50,523 bases of DNA from positions 1 to 50,523 of the IMG/VR virus record IMGVR_UViG_3300025767_000032; one strand, 5' to 3'. The DNA comes from a virus (Duplodnaviria; Caudoviricetes). Position 1 is the first letter of the stretch. Every line of letters begins with the position of its first letter. Shown piece after piece: positions 20,505 to 30,584 of this stretch. The notes beneath the pieces were generated by a model, which saw only the letters and a program-made list of their open reading frames with translations, had not been told where the DNA came from and made no database searches. Position numbers and translations under genes: made by a program.

Positions 20505-21426
20505 TGTGAACGGTGGATATGGCAGAATGGTTTGTTCTATTCCTGCACTAGAACTATATGCAAAAGAATCCGGCGACGATGATTTTATTATCGTTTGCGA
20601 AGGCGGTACCGATGCATATAAAGGTCATCCTTTATTAGATGACAAGGCATACGATGTATGGCAGAAAAATATTTTTAAAGAAAAACTTAAAAATAGAGAA
20701 ATTGTATCAACAGAACCTTATAGAATTTTTGAATATTATAATCAAGAATGCAGTTTATCTCAGGCTTTTGATATACAAATTAATAACAAAGGCATTAGAA
20801 AATTAGACAAACCTACGATGGCACTCAGCAGAGAAGAACTCCTAGTAGGTAGAAAACTTGTAGCAGATGTAAAAACAAAAGTTAAAAAAGATAAAGTAAT
20901 TGTTATACAACCTTTTGGCAGAGGAATGCAACATATCGACGGGTCATTTGTTGATTCAAGTGGTCGTAGCATTGAATATAAAGATTTAAAAGCATTTATT
21001 AAAGCATTACAAGCAGAAAAATTTGCAGTAATTTTAATGGCTGAGATGGCTTTTGATTTTTCTAAAGAAAAATTTAGCGACGAAGTTGCAATGCCAGAAA
21101 ATGTATCGCTGCGCCAATGGGCTGCAATAATAAAATATGCTGATCAATTTTTAGGTTGTGATAGTGTAGGACAGCATTTATCGTATATAGTCGATACTCC
21201 GTCGACTGTAATAACAGGATCAACATTTCCAATAAATGTTTCCTATCCAGACGTAGACAATTTTAATATTATTGATTTAGGCATGCACACTAGAATGTAT
21301 GATCCTATTAGAATTTTACCTGACGAAACAACTTCAAGACACAATGAAAATATTATGACTATGACTGTTGAAATACAGGATTACATTATTGACACTATAC
21401 TAGGAAGACAAACTGATGATGAATAA
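20485..21426 (+). CDS. GT9-family (ADP-heptose heptosyltransferase-like) glycosyltransferase
   Basis: N-terminal GGYGRMVCSIPAL and C-terminal SLRQWAAIIKYADQFLGCDSVGQHLS match the WaaC/WaaF GDxxxxxPAL and DSGxxHLA signatures. Confidence 0.75.
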   Translation: MRSKAFFVNGGYGRMVCSIPALELYAKESGDDDFIIVCEGGTDAYKGHPLLDDKAYDVWQKNIFKEKLKNREIVSTEPYRIFEYYNQECSLSQAFDIQINNKGIRKLDKPTMALSREELLVGRKLVADVKTKVKKDKVIVIQPFGRGMQHIDGSFVDSSGRSIEYKDLKAFIKALQAEKFAVILMAEMAFDFSKEKFSDEVAMPENVSLRQWAAIIKYADQFLGCDSVGQHLSYIVDTPSTVITGSTFPINVSYPDVDNFNIIDLGMHTRMYDPIRILPDETTSRHNENIMTMTVEIQDYIIDTILGRQTDDE

Positions 21427-23233
21427 CACCGGATATATTGCAGGTATTACACGAGGACACAACGCAGGTGTCTGTTTATTAAAAGACGGCGAAATAGTTT
21501 TTTCTATAGAAGAAGAACGCTTAACTAGATCAAAGTATGACGGAACACCCTTTGCATCTATGATTAAAATTTTAGATTATACAGATAAACTAGATTATCT
21601 TGTAGTAGCACATACCAGTTCCTTAGAACACGACTCTTATGTCAGAACTGATTACACAGGCGAAAATATATATACTAGCCTAGCAAGAAAATTAGGTCTT
21701 ATTGATCGTAGTCATGGAAATCCAAATACTCATCCGCAAGTAATTGATATGGCACAGCATCATCATAAATTACATGCCGCATGTGCATTTTATAGAAGTG
21801 GATTCAAATCTGCTACAGCAGTTATTGTAGATGGTGCCGGCACATTATATCCGTTTGAGTTTCCGTTTGCTCCAGACGTGCATATGGGATGGGAAACTGA
21901 AACAGTATTTCATTGTAAATACCCTGCAAGTATAAAAACAGTATTTAAACATATTGGCACTAAAGGACCGATCGAAACAATTGCACATTTAGCATCAGAC
22001 GGAGTAGACGATTATGAACTTGTTATATCTGAAAATTCTGGAATTGTAAAAGTATACGAAGGAGTTACAGACTATTGCGGGTTTAGTACTATTGAAGCTG
22101 GCAAAACTATGGGGTTGTTTCCTTACGGTAAACCAAACGATAACATACCTCCTTTGTTTGAGAAAACTGAAAATCTTACAAAAAGCAATCGAAATCTTGT
22201 AATACCAAATTATCCCAGAGGATCTATAATTAATGCTAATCCGTACGAAGAATTACGCTATCCCATATCAGCAAACGTTACAGGCGAACAACCTGAAGAA
22301 GATGTAACATTACTTCAAAATAGAAGAGATATGGCATATGCATGCCAAACACAAACACAAGATGCAGTTTTAGATTTAATCATAAAATCTGTAGAAAAAA
22401 CTGGAAATAAAAATGTTGTATTCTCAGGTGGTTACGGATTAAATTGTGTTGCTAATTATTATTTCTTAACAAAATTAAATGAATTAGGAATTAATTTTTA
22501 TGCAGAACCAGTGTCTAATGATGCAGGAACAGCAATGGGTGCTGCAATGTTACAATATAGAATAGTTACAGAAGATACAACCGTGTCCCCTAAACAAGAT
22601 ACTGTATTTTTAGGACCAGAATTGCATTATACAATTTCTGACATTGATCGCATTGCTTCAAAATATAATGCAGAAGTATCTGACGCAACACACGCTGATG
22701 TTATTGAATTAATGACTAATAAAAATATTGTTGCTAACTTTCAAGGACGCTCAGAGAATGGTCCACGGGCATTAGGTAATAGAAGCTTGATGTTTGATCC
22801 TACATTTAAAGATGGCAAAGACTTTGTTAACGAAATTAAACATCGTGAATACTTCCGTCCATTTGCTGGATCTATTCTAGCCGAAGATGTTCATGAATGG
22901 TTTGATCTACGTGGCATGAAAGATGCACCGACAATGATGTATGCTGTTAAGTGCCAGCCGGGTGTTGAAGAAAAAATTCCTGCTATTATTCACGTAGACG
23001 GAACTTGCCGTATCCAAACAGTTACACGTGAACAAAACCCGCATTATTATGATATTATTAAAACGTTTAAAGAAAAGACAGGATGTCCAATTATCTTTAA
23101 TACATCGTTTAATTTAGGCGGCGAACCTTTAGTAGAAACTTTAGATGATGCTATACGCACATTAGATAATTGTAAAATTGAATATTTGTATCTTCCTGAG
23201 CATGGTAAATTAATTACCGTGAAAAATAGATAA
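21416..23233 (+). CDS. Carbamoyltransferase, NodU/CmcH/TobZ family
   Basis: GHNAG...EEERLTRSK, HHxxHAACAFY, VDGAG, GKTMGL, SGGYGLNCVAN, GPRALGNRS, KHREYFRPFA, HVDGTCRIQTV, NTSFNLGGEPLVET. Confidence 0.93.
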   Translation: MMNNTGYIAGITRGHNAGVCLLKDGEIVFSIEEERLTRSKYDGTPFASMIKILDYTDKLDYLVVAHTSSLEHDSYVRTDYTGENIYTSLARKLGLIDRSHGNPNTHPQVIDMAQHHHKLHAACAFYRSGFKSATAVIVDGAGTLYPFEFPFAPDVHMGWETETVFHCKYPASIKTVFKHIGTKGPIETIAHLASDGVDDYELVISENSGIVKVYEGVTDYCGFSTIEAGKTMGLFPYGKPNDNIPPLFEKTENLTKSNRNLVIPNYPRGSIINANPYEELRYPISANVTGEQPEEDVTLLQNRRDMAYACQTQTQDAVLDLIIKSVEKTGNKNVVFSGGYGLNCVANYYFLTKLNELGINFYAEPVSNDAGTAMGAAMLQYRIVTEDTTVSPKQDTVFLGPELHYTISDIDRIASKYNAEVSDATHADVIELMTNKNIVANFQGRSENGPRALGNRSLMFDPTFKDGKDFVNEIKHREYFRPFAGSILAEDVHEWFDLRGMKDAPTMMYAVKCQPGVEEKIPAIIHVDGTCRIQTVTREQNPHYYDIIKTFKEKTGCPIIFNTSFNLGGEPLVETLDDAIRTLDNCKIEYLYLPEHGKLITVKNR

Positions 23234-23236
23234 ATA
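23230..23236 (+). promoter_or_regulatory. T4-like late promoter core ATAAATA
   Basis: Overlaps the carbamoyltransferase stop, ahead of the AAGGAG RBS. Confidence 0.7.
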
Positions 23237-23258
23237 TAGTATACAAAGGAGCCTGTGA

Positions 23259-23657
23259 ATGTTTAATCTTTCAAATTTTTTTAGTGCTGGAGTTAAAAAC
23301 AGTATTGAACTAAAAGATAATGCAAAATTTTCGCATGCAGGCCCCTATATTTTATTAACTGAAAAAACACTTATTGACAAATGGCACATAGGTGATATAG
23401 GATCAGCTGAATACACAATTTCAGCTGATCTTAATACTTCTAACAAAGAAATAGTAAAATGTCTTATTACTGCTGCAATAAATGATGCTAATGTAGTAGT
23501 TTATGCAAGAAATGCTACTAATTTAAGTCTTATAGATTTAGAAGTTAGAATAAATGATTCGTATTTAGAACTATACGCATCACCAACTAATATAAAAACA
23601 TCTAATTCAAAATTAATTTATACAGTTAATTATTTTCGCAATCAAAATCCTCTTTAA
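23259..23657 (+). CDS. Hypothetical beta-rich protein (132 aa), likely virion-associated
   Basis: Own late promoter and RBS; sits within the structural cluster. Confidence 0.55.
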   Translation: MFNLSNFFSAGVKNSIELKDNAKFSHAGPYILLTEKTLIDKWHIGDIGSAEYTISADLNTSNKEIVKCLITAAINDANVVVYARNATNLSLIDLEVRINDSYLELYASPTNIKTSNSKLIYTVNYFRNQNPL

Positions 23658-23658
23658 G

Positions 23659-23698
23659 TCCTGCCTGCGTATTTTGGTAAATACTATGCGTAGGAGGA
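23659..23698 (+). promoter_or_regulatory. RBS-sequestering hairpin with late promoter GTAAATA (23677-23683) in its loop
   Basis: TCCT(G)CCTGCGTAT pairs with ATGCGTAGGAGGA, which contains the SD AGGAGG. Confidence 0.7.
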
Positions 23699-23702
23699 AC
23701 TA

Positions 23703-24536
23703 ATGAAACTAGCAAATAACAAATCTTTTCAATCACAACACGGATTTAACTCTCCTGGATTTTCTGTTGACGCAGAAGGCAACATTGTTGCGTTAAGTCT
23801 ATCAGTGTTAAATTCACCAGATGCTGACAGTAATATTATTGCTAATTTTACCGTTACCGACGAAGCTGCTGATACTGTATTTAGAATAGAAGAAATACCA
23901 GGCGATAATCCTCAAATAACGTTAGCAAGAGGAACAACTTATGTTTTTAATTTAGCACTATCTAGCTTGCAGTTTTATATAAAACAGCGTGACAAAGAAA
24001 CTAATTTTAATAGTGGATTAATACATAGTAGCGGCACTTCTGGCGCCGCAGCACAAGGGCAATCATCTGGAGTGTTATCATTTACAGTTCCATTATCTGC
24101 TCCAGATGTACTTTATTATTCTAATGGCACAACGATAACAGGCTTAATTAATGTAACTAATCCTACAGGACTATTTGGCACTGCTACAATAAGTAATGAT
24201 CTATTTGTTGAAGGAAATCTTATACTTGCAGGTGTAGGCAGTCCGCAACTTACTTCAGAAACTAATTTAACATTTAGTGCCGGAAACGAAATTAAATTAT
24301 TAATAGAAAATAACTTAGTCGGAATAGTTAGTAATAATGGGTTATCGATTCCGATAAATACTAGTAATATTGTAAATAGCAGTATTGAAAACAGCACAAT
24401 TGGTATATCGACTCCTGCAACTGCTGCATTTACTACAGCAACAATTGCAACTGTTAGTAATGCTGGCACCAGCATTACTAATAAAACATACGTTGACAGT
24501 ACTGCAATATCATTAGCAATAGCATTTGGATTATAA
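23703..24536 (+). CDS. Virion structural/fibre-associated protein (277 aa)
   Basis: NPQITLARGTTYVF...FTVPLSAPDVLYY module; TNKTYVD fibre motif; C-terminal AISLAIAFG. Confidence 0.6.
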   Translation: MKLANNKSFQSQHGFNSPGFSVDAEGNIVALSLSVLNSPDADSNIIANFTVTDEAADTVFRIEEIPGDNPQITLARGTTYVFNLALSSLQFYIKQRDKETNFNSGLIHSSGTSGAAAQGQSSGVLSFTVPLSAPDVLYYSNGTTITGLINVTNPTGLFGTATISNDLFVEGNLILAGVGSPQLTSETNLTFSAGNEIKLLIENNLVGIVSNNGLSIPINTSNIVNSSIENSTIGISTPATAAFTTATIATVSNAGTSITNKTYVDSTAISLAIAFGL

Positions 24537-24539
24537 AAC

Positions 24540-27500
24540 ATGGCAAAGACGCAAATAAAAAATTATGTATTTAAACCGGGAATTGGAGCAAACGACAATC
24601 GTTATCCAAACGCTTATAGTTTATTAAGTGATAACAAATCATTTATACAAAAAGAAGCAACGGATTGGATTCAAGATCAAATTGATGTAGGCGCAGCTGG
24701 ATTTGTAGGTTACACCTACAATGATTCAAAATGCGAAAGAGACATTGGATACAATATTGACGCATATCTAAACGATTTAAGATATGGCGGAAATGAAAAT
24801 ACATATAATGTTGTAAAATATTATTGGGATCAAGGTGTTGCACAAATTGATGGTGATAGACAGCCTGAAATCCAAACATACGAATTTATTAAAACATTAA
24901 TTAATAATTATATTTTAACAAATACCGTATATAGCGCATCTAATACAGAAGTTGCACAAACTATTGATATTGCAAAAACGTCAGAAATAGCAGCGTCAAC
25001 AGTATTATCAACATTATTAGATCATACAATTAATGTTATTACAAACGGATTATCTAGTTTACCTGTTATACAGCCGACAGGAGTTAGTACAGTTAAAATA
25101 CAAGGCCGTTATGAAATTGATAAGTTGTTGCTTATTACTAACAGTACTAGAAGTGAAGTAATATATAATTTTACTAACTCTAGTACTGGCGGAAGTGTTA
25201 CAATAAAAGACAACGGGGCTGACAAGGACTTTGTAACATTCTTACAAACTACTGATGCTGTAACTACTATTAAATTAAATTACGATACTAGCGCACATTC
25301 TGCTACAGACGATATACAAATTTTTGTAGAGGAAGCCGAAGTAAGAACTAGACCTTATGATTTTGGTACAGATGCAATCGAACGTCCAAGAGCTGCAATG
25401 CCAGTATCAATGCTTGACGCTGACTTTGAATATGGACTACAGCCTACTAAATGGGGTGCTATTGGTACTCTACGCGGTTATCCAAGTATATACGAAATTC
25501 CAGGAACAGATGCTGAAGTAACAAGTGTAGTTACTGATGCAAGTGCAGGCACTGACGGAATTGGTCAATCATTAATTACTGTTACTACTGTATCTGCGCA
25601 CGGATTTGAACCAGGAACACCAATTACTATTAAGGCACTAGAAAATAGCGTTTCGGGTGCATCTCGAGCAGAGGGCTCTTTTGTTATTGTAACTACACCT
25701 ACTAGTAATACATTTCAATATTATGCTAAAGCAAAAGTTGGTGCAGCAGCTGGCGAAATTCTATCAACTGGGTACACTCAGCTAAGAGAAGCAGGATTTT
25801 ATACCGGAGCAAGTATAGGATCTCCTACGTTTAATGTTGCTAGTAACGGCAGTTCGGGTACGTTATTTACACAATTAGGAGTCCAAGCCGGAGAAACAAT
25901 TATTCCGTTTGATGGTCAGTCTCCTGAACTAGGATCTCCATTAACTCAAGCAAACATACCAGTTGGCTCACAGGTTACTAGTATAATTGATACTAGTGCA
26001 GGCGGCGGCACATATATAACTCCTGCACTAACAAGCAGTTATGGCCCAGGCACTACAACAGTGTCGGTATTTGATTCTACTGGTATTGTCGAAAACTTAG
26101 CTGTAGACCGCGGTGACGGAGTTGCTATATATGTCACTAATGTCTCAGGCACTAACATTACATTTAGTAGCTCGTTTACTGCTGAGCTTGTTGGAAATAT
26201 AGAATCTTATAATTCAGTATCAGCAGATACTATTCAAGGATTTGGCGCTGGACTTGAAATTTCAGTAACGGCAGCAGCCGGAAGCTATACTGTTTCTTCA
26301 ATTGATGTAGCAGGAACAGGTTATAGTATAGGAGACAGAGTGCTAGTTGCAGGAGATCTACTGGGAGGTTCTACACCGACTAATGATTTGACACTAACTG
26401 TATCGGGCACTACTAACGGAGCAGTTACTTCATTAGACGTTGTAACCGGCATTGCATTTGACGGGACAGGAGACTACAATAACTTTACAGCACCTGGTAC
26501 ACAAGGAAATTTAGGTTCAGGCGCGAGATTTGATTTTGAATATACTAACAACGTATATACGTCGGTAACAATTACAGGTGCTGGCGGCCACCTAACAATG
26601 GGTACGTTTGGCATAGCTGATGTATTAAGAACTCCTGGAACATATAATGGAGTAACTGGTACAAGTTCAGGCACAGGCACAGTAGGTACTTTTGACATTG
26701 TAGTTGACGGAACAGGATTAGTAACAAGTGTAATTGTAGTTAGTACGGGATCAGGACATACTGCTGGAGACACAATTACTATAGCTGACAGCGTGTTAGG
26801 TAATGGTGGAGCCGCGGACTTCACTATGAACGTTGCAACAGTTAGTTTAGGCACAGCAGGTACTAACTATTCAGTAAATGATATAATAAAGGTACTAGGT
26901 AGTAGTGCAACTCCTCTGGGTCAAGAGCCACAAAATAATATATTCATTACTGTAACTGGTATCGATGTCAGCGGTGAAATAACTACTTTTACAACATCTG
27001 GATCTGCTCCAGACGGTGAACAATTATATAATAACCCTGCATATACTGCAAGTCTTTCAGGCACTGGTCTAAACTATTCGATTACTAGATCAGGTGCTGC
27101 GTATAGTGTTTCATTTTCCGGTGGCGGCAACGGAACTGGTTTTGTTCCAACTGAAACTATTTTAATTCTAGGTACAGACTTAGGTGGAGTATCTCCAACA
27201 AACGATTGTACTATTACTGTTGACAATGTTGACGGAGCTGGTGCAATTACTGCATCAACAGTATCAGGAACAGCAAACAATACCGGCAATGGAGTTAATG
27301 CTACATCAACAATAAATCCTGGTACTGGTGCAATCTTTGATATATCTTATGCTGCTGGAGTATATACTATTGATAATATTGTAAATGCAGGTACCGATTA
27401 TGGCGTAAATCAGACATTTTTAATAAACGGCACACTTCTCGGCGGAGGCACACCAGCTAATGATTTAACAATTACGATAAACACTGTTGGTTCTTTAGGT

Positions 27501-30500
27501 GAAATTACTGGAGTTACTCCTACAGGATCGGCTCCTATAGGTTCAGGAACATTTACTTCTATTAATCCATCAAATATAGCAGCCAGCGGCAATGGAGCAA
27601 CCTTTAATATTATTAGATCTAATTCTGGATACACTATTGGATTAGCTGGCGCAGGTGCTAACTATTATGCTGGAAATCGTTTGCTTATATCTGGCGGAGT
27701 GCTCGGCGGCAGTTCTCCTGCTAATGATATTATATTTACAGTAACTAATGTAACTGCTGGTGCGATAGATACATTTACATCTGAATGGACTACGGCAGCA
27801 GCAGGCACTAGTTTTGATTTAATCTCAACTGTGATATTAACTGAAGCAACGACTGGGGCAATATCAATAAATGAACCAATTACATTTAGTGCTATTGCAA
27901 CACTAGAAGTTCAGTTTCGAACAGCACACGGATTAGTACCAGGCAATACATTTATTACTAGTGTAAGCTCAGACGATGGAACAAATAATCATGATCTAGC
28001 AGCAGGATCGTATATTGCTACAGAAATTCCAACAGTGGACAGTTTAAGATTTCAAGCAAGAGCAGTCGGTGCAATTGATTCGATAACTGATACAATAGTA
28101 GGTGAAGTATATCCAAGACCAGATAGCTTCTTTATTCACAGACCGTTCGACGGCGGCGTACAATTAGGCACAGGCGGACCACAACACGGTGCTCAAGCAA
28201 TTCGTCAAAGTAAAAAGTATATTCGTTATCAGTCTGGTAAAGGTATTATGTATACTACCGGTGCTCTGTTTGCTCCAAGCTATGATTTACGTAGTGTAGT
28301 AGCAGATGGTATCGAAGTCGGATCAGAAATTACAATTACGTGTGATGATAACGATCACGGACTACAAGCAGGCGGCGTAATTAGATTACTTGGAATACAA
28401 ACACCTGGTTATAGTAGCGGAAACGAAACTGCTGTTCCGCCAAAATTTGATTACACAGTTACAGAAATTGTAAACGAAAGAACATTTAAAGTGTTATCTC
28501 AGCGCCGATTAGGTGCAACTACTGCTGTACTAGGGTTTGGCGCACAGATGAGTGTTGTAAGCTGGCACGGCGCAACTGTACGTTCTGGTATTTTTGATGA
28601 TCAAAACGGCATTTTTTGGGAATACGATGGAACAAATATTAATGTAGTACAGCGCACTGGAACATACCAAGTAGCAGGTACTATTGCTATACAAATTGAT
28701 AACAATTTAGTAACAGGAACTAACACTAGATTTAGAGATCAGTTAAAAGCTGGTGATAGAATTATCATTAGAGGTATGACGCATGTTGTATCTCACGTTA
28801 ACAGTCAAACTGAAATAACTGTTACTCCGGACTGGCGCGGCACTACTAATATTACTGGAGCAAAGGCTATGTTAGTATTTGATAAGAAAGTTAAACAGTC
28901 AGACTTTAATCTAGACCGGTTAGATGGTACAGGACCTAGCGGTTACGATATTGATATTGCTAAGATGCAAATGATCGGTATTCAGTACTCATGGTACGGT
29001 GCTGGTTTTATCGATTATATGCTAAGAGGCTCAGACGGTAACTTTGTATTCTGTCATAGAATGCGTAACTCAAACGTTAACACAGAAGCGTTTATGCGTT
29101 CAGGTAACTTGCCTGTACGTTATGAAGTTACTAACGAAGGCCCTAACGGAAAACTTGCAGAATCAATGACAGATAGTCAAAATACTATAGTATTAGAAAA
29201 CGGTAGCTTTTTTCCAACTAAAGGAACAGTTTATATTGATAATGAAATCATTCAGTTTACTGGCAGAACTAATAACATTCTAACAGGATGTATACGATCT
29301 GCAACATTTATAAACTTTCAAGGAGGAGCAACAAGAAGTTACACAGCAGGTGCTGCTGCTTCACATGATACCGGGACTGGAGTTATACTAATATCACAAA
29401 CTATTACACCAATAATTAGCCACTGGGGTAGTGCGTTTATTACAGACGGTGGATTTGATGAAGACCGAGGCTACATTTTCTCATACGCTGAAACCGGCAT
29501 TGCTGTTAGTACAAATAAGCAAACAGCATTTATGATTCGACTAGCACCTAGTGTAAGTAATGCTATTGTAGGCGATTTGGGAGAACGTGAACTACTAAAC
29601 CGTGCGCAGCTACTACTACAAGCTCTTGAAATTTCATCAGACACAGGCACCGGCGGCATTGTTGTTGAAGGTGTTCTTAATCCGCAAAACTATCCTGTAA
29701 ATCCAGGAAGTGTAATATGGTCCGGATTAACCAGTCAAGCACAGGGTGGACAGCCTAGTTTTGCACAAGTTGCATCTGGCGGCGGTGTTGAGTGGACAAC
29801 GGCTGCGGCATCTACTACTAGTGTAGCATGGCAACCAAATATGACACTGACTGGTATTGTAAACAGTGATATAGTAGATGCTAATGGCAACAATCGAGAT
29901 GATTATATGTATGTTTATCAGAGCAATTTAGATCCGCTTGGTTTGCGAGTAGGAGCAGTATGTACTAGTGTTCCATTTAACGGAAGAACGGTGACTGCAA
30001 TTGAAGGACCCCAAGATTGGGGGTTGCCCGGCGGTCCGGAATATCGTATACGTTTTAACAATGACGCTACTAATGAAGCCACAAATTATAATGCGGGATC
30101 GTTAAGTTTACAGTTTACTTTCGATACGTCTAGAACAAAATCACCAGTAGTATTCTTCACAGATGCTTCCTGGACAGCATCGAGCTTATCACAGGGTGCA
30201 ACAGTTGACGCATCTGACACAAATTGGCCAGCTAACACTGCTGTGTCATCAGTACAATCATTCAACTTTGGTGCTACTAATTATTATGAGGTGAGAATGA
30301 ACAACAGTTCTAATGGTATATTATCTTCGGCAAGTACAGTTATATTTTCAGCAGGCGAATCTGCATATGCAGAGCCAGGAGAAACAGTGTTCTCATTCAT
30401 TGCTGTTCCTGGAGAACGTGCTACAGTTGATTTTAGTGAATTAAAAGAACTTACTAATACTCCGTTGGGCGGCAGAGGAACATATCCAAACGGTCCTGAT

Positions 30501-30584
30501 GTATTAGCAATCAACGTGTATAAGGTTAGCGGCGCAGCTATTGATTCGAATATTATCTTGAAATGGGGCGAAGCGCAGGCCTAA
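24540..30584 (+). CDS. Giant virion structural protein (2014 aa) with five ~80-aa Gly/Thr-rich repeats
   Basis: DADFEYGLQPTKW, RQSKKYIRYQSGKG and YSWYGAG motifs seen in large myovirus structural proteins; internal LGGxxPxND repeats. Confidence 0.7.
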   Translation: MAKTQIKNYVFKPGIGANDNRYPNAYSLLSDNKSFIQKEATDWIQDQIDVGAAGFVGYTYNDSKCERDIGYNIDAYLNDLRYGGNENTYNVVKYYWDQGVAQIDGDRQPEIQTYEFIKTLINNYILTNTVYSASNTEVAQTIDIAKTSEIAASTVLSTLLDHTINVITNGLSSLPVIQPTGVSTVKIQGRYEIDKLLLITNSTRSEVIYNFTNSSTGGSVTIKDNGADKDFVTFLQTTDAVTTIKLNYDTSAHSATDDIQIFVEEAEVRTRPYDFGTDAIERPRAAMPVSMLDADFEYGLQPTKWGAIGTLRGYPSIYEIPGTDAEVTSVVTDASAGTDGIGQSLITVTTVSAHGFEPGTPITIKALENSVSGASRAEGSFVIVTTPTSNTFQYYAKAKVGAAAGEILSTGYTQLREAGFYTGASIGSPTFNVASNGSSGTLFTQLGVQAGETIIPFDGQSPELGSPLTQANIPVGSQVTSIIDTSAGGGTYITPALTSSYGPGTTTVSVFDSTGIVENLAVDRGDGVAIYVTNVSGTNITFSSSFTAELVGNIESYNSVSADTIQGFGAGLEISVTAAAGSYTVSSIDVAGTGYSIGDRVLVAGDLLGGSTPTNDLTLTVSGTTNGAVTSLDVVTGIAFDGTGDYNNFTAPGTQGNLGSGARFDFEYTNNVYTSVTITGAGGHLTMGTFGIADVLRTPGTYNGVTGTSSGTGTVGTFDIVVDGTGLVTSVIVVSTGSGHTAGDTITIADSVLGNGGAADFTMNVATVSLGTAGTNYSVNDIIKVLGSSATPLGQEPQNNIFITVTGIDVSGEITTFTTSGSAPDGEQLYNNPAYTASLSGTGLNYSITRSGAAYSVSFSGGGNGTGFVPTETILILGTDLGGVSPTNDCTITVDNVDGAGAITASTVSGTANNTGNGVNATSTINPGTGAIFDISYAAGVYTIDNIVNAGTDYGVNQTFLINGTLLGGGTPANDLTITINTVGSLGEITGVTPTGSAPIGSGTFTSINPSNIAASGNGATFNIIRSNSGYTIGLAGAGANYYAGNRLLISGGVLGGSSPANDIIFTVTNVTAGAIDTFTSEWTTAAAGTSFDLISTVILTEATTGAISINEPITFSAIATLEVQFRTAHGLVPGNTFITSVSSDDGTNNHDLAAGSYIATEIPTVDSLRFQARAVGAIDSITDTIVGEVYPRPDSFFIHRPFDGGVQLGTGGPQHGAQAIRQSKKYIRYQSGKGIMYTTGALFAPSYDLRSVVADGIEVGSEITITCDDNDHGLQAGGVIRLLGIQTPGYSSGNETAVPPKFDYTVTEIVNERTFKVLSQRRLGATTAVLGFGAQMSVVSWHGATVRSGIFDDQNGIFWEYDGTNINVVQRTGTYQVAGTIAIQIDNNLVTGTNTRFRDQLKAGDRIIIRGMTHVVSHVNSQTEITVTPDWRGTTNITGAKAMLVFDKKVKQSDFNLDRLDGTGPSGYDIDIAKMQMIGIQYSWYGAGFIDYMLRGSDGNFVFCHRMRNSNVNTEAFMRSGNLPVRYEVTNEGPNGKLAESMTDSQNTIVLENGSFFPTKGTVYIDNEIIQFTGRTNNILTGCIRSATFINFQGGATRSYTAGAAASHDTGTGVILISQTITPIISHWGSAFITDGGFDEDRGYIFSYAETGIAVSTNKQTAFMIRLAPSVSNAIVGDLGERELLNRAQLLLQALEISSDTGTGGIVVEGVLNPQNYPVNPGSVIWSGLTSQAQGGQPSFAQVASGGGVEWTTAAASTTSVAWQPNMTLTGIVNSDIVDANGNNRDDYMYVYQSNLDPLGLRVGAVCTSVPFNGRTVTAIEGPQDWGLPGGPEYRIRFNNDATNEATNYNAGSLSLQFTFDTSRTKSPVVFFTDASWTASSLSQGATVDASDTNWPANTAVSSVQSFNFGATNYYEVRMNNSSNGILSSASTVIFSAGESAYAEPGETVFSFIAVPGERATVDFSELKELTNTPLGGRGTYPNGPDVLAINVYKVSGAAIDSNIILKWGEAQA

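Noticed and set aside
21416-23233. Carbamoyltransferase as a DNA hypermodification enzyme acting on 5hmC
   Set aside because: Not excluded but disfavoured: no hydroxymethylase or thymidylate-synthase-like gene in the window, and it is coupled to a GT9 gene inside the fibre cluster.
940-30514. Numerous antisense ORFs of 60-150 aa overlapping the large + strand genes
   Set aside because: Shadow ORFs produced by codon bias of Gly/Thr/Ala-rich genes; no RBS, promoter or motifs.
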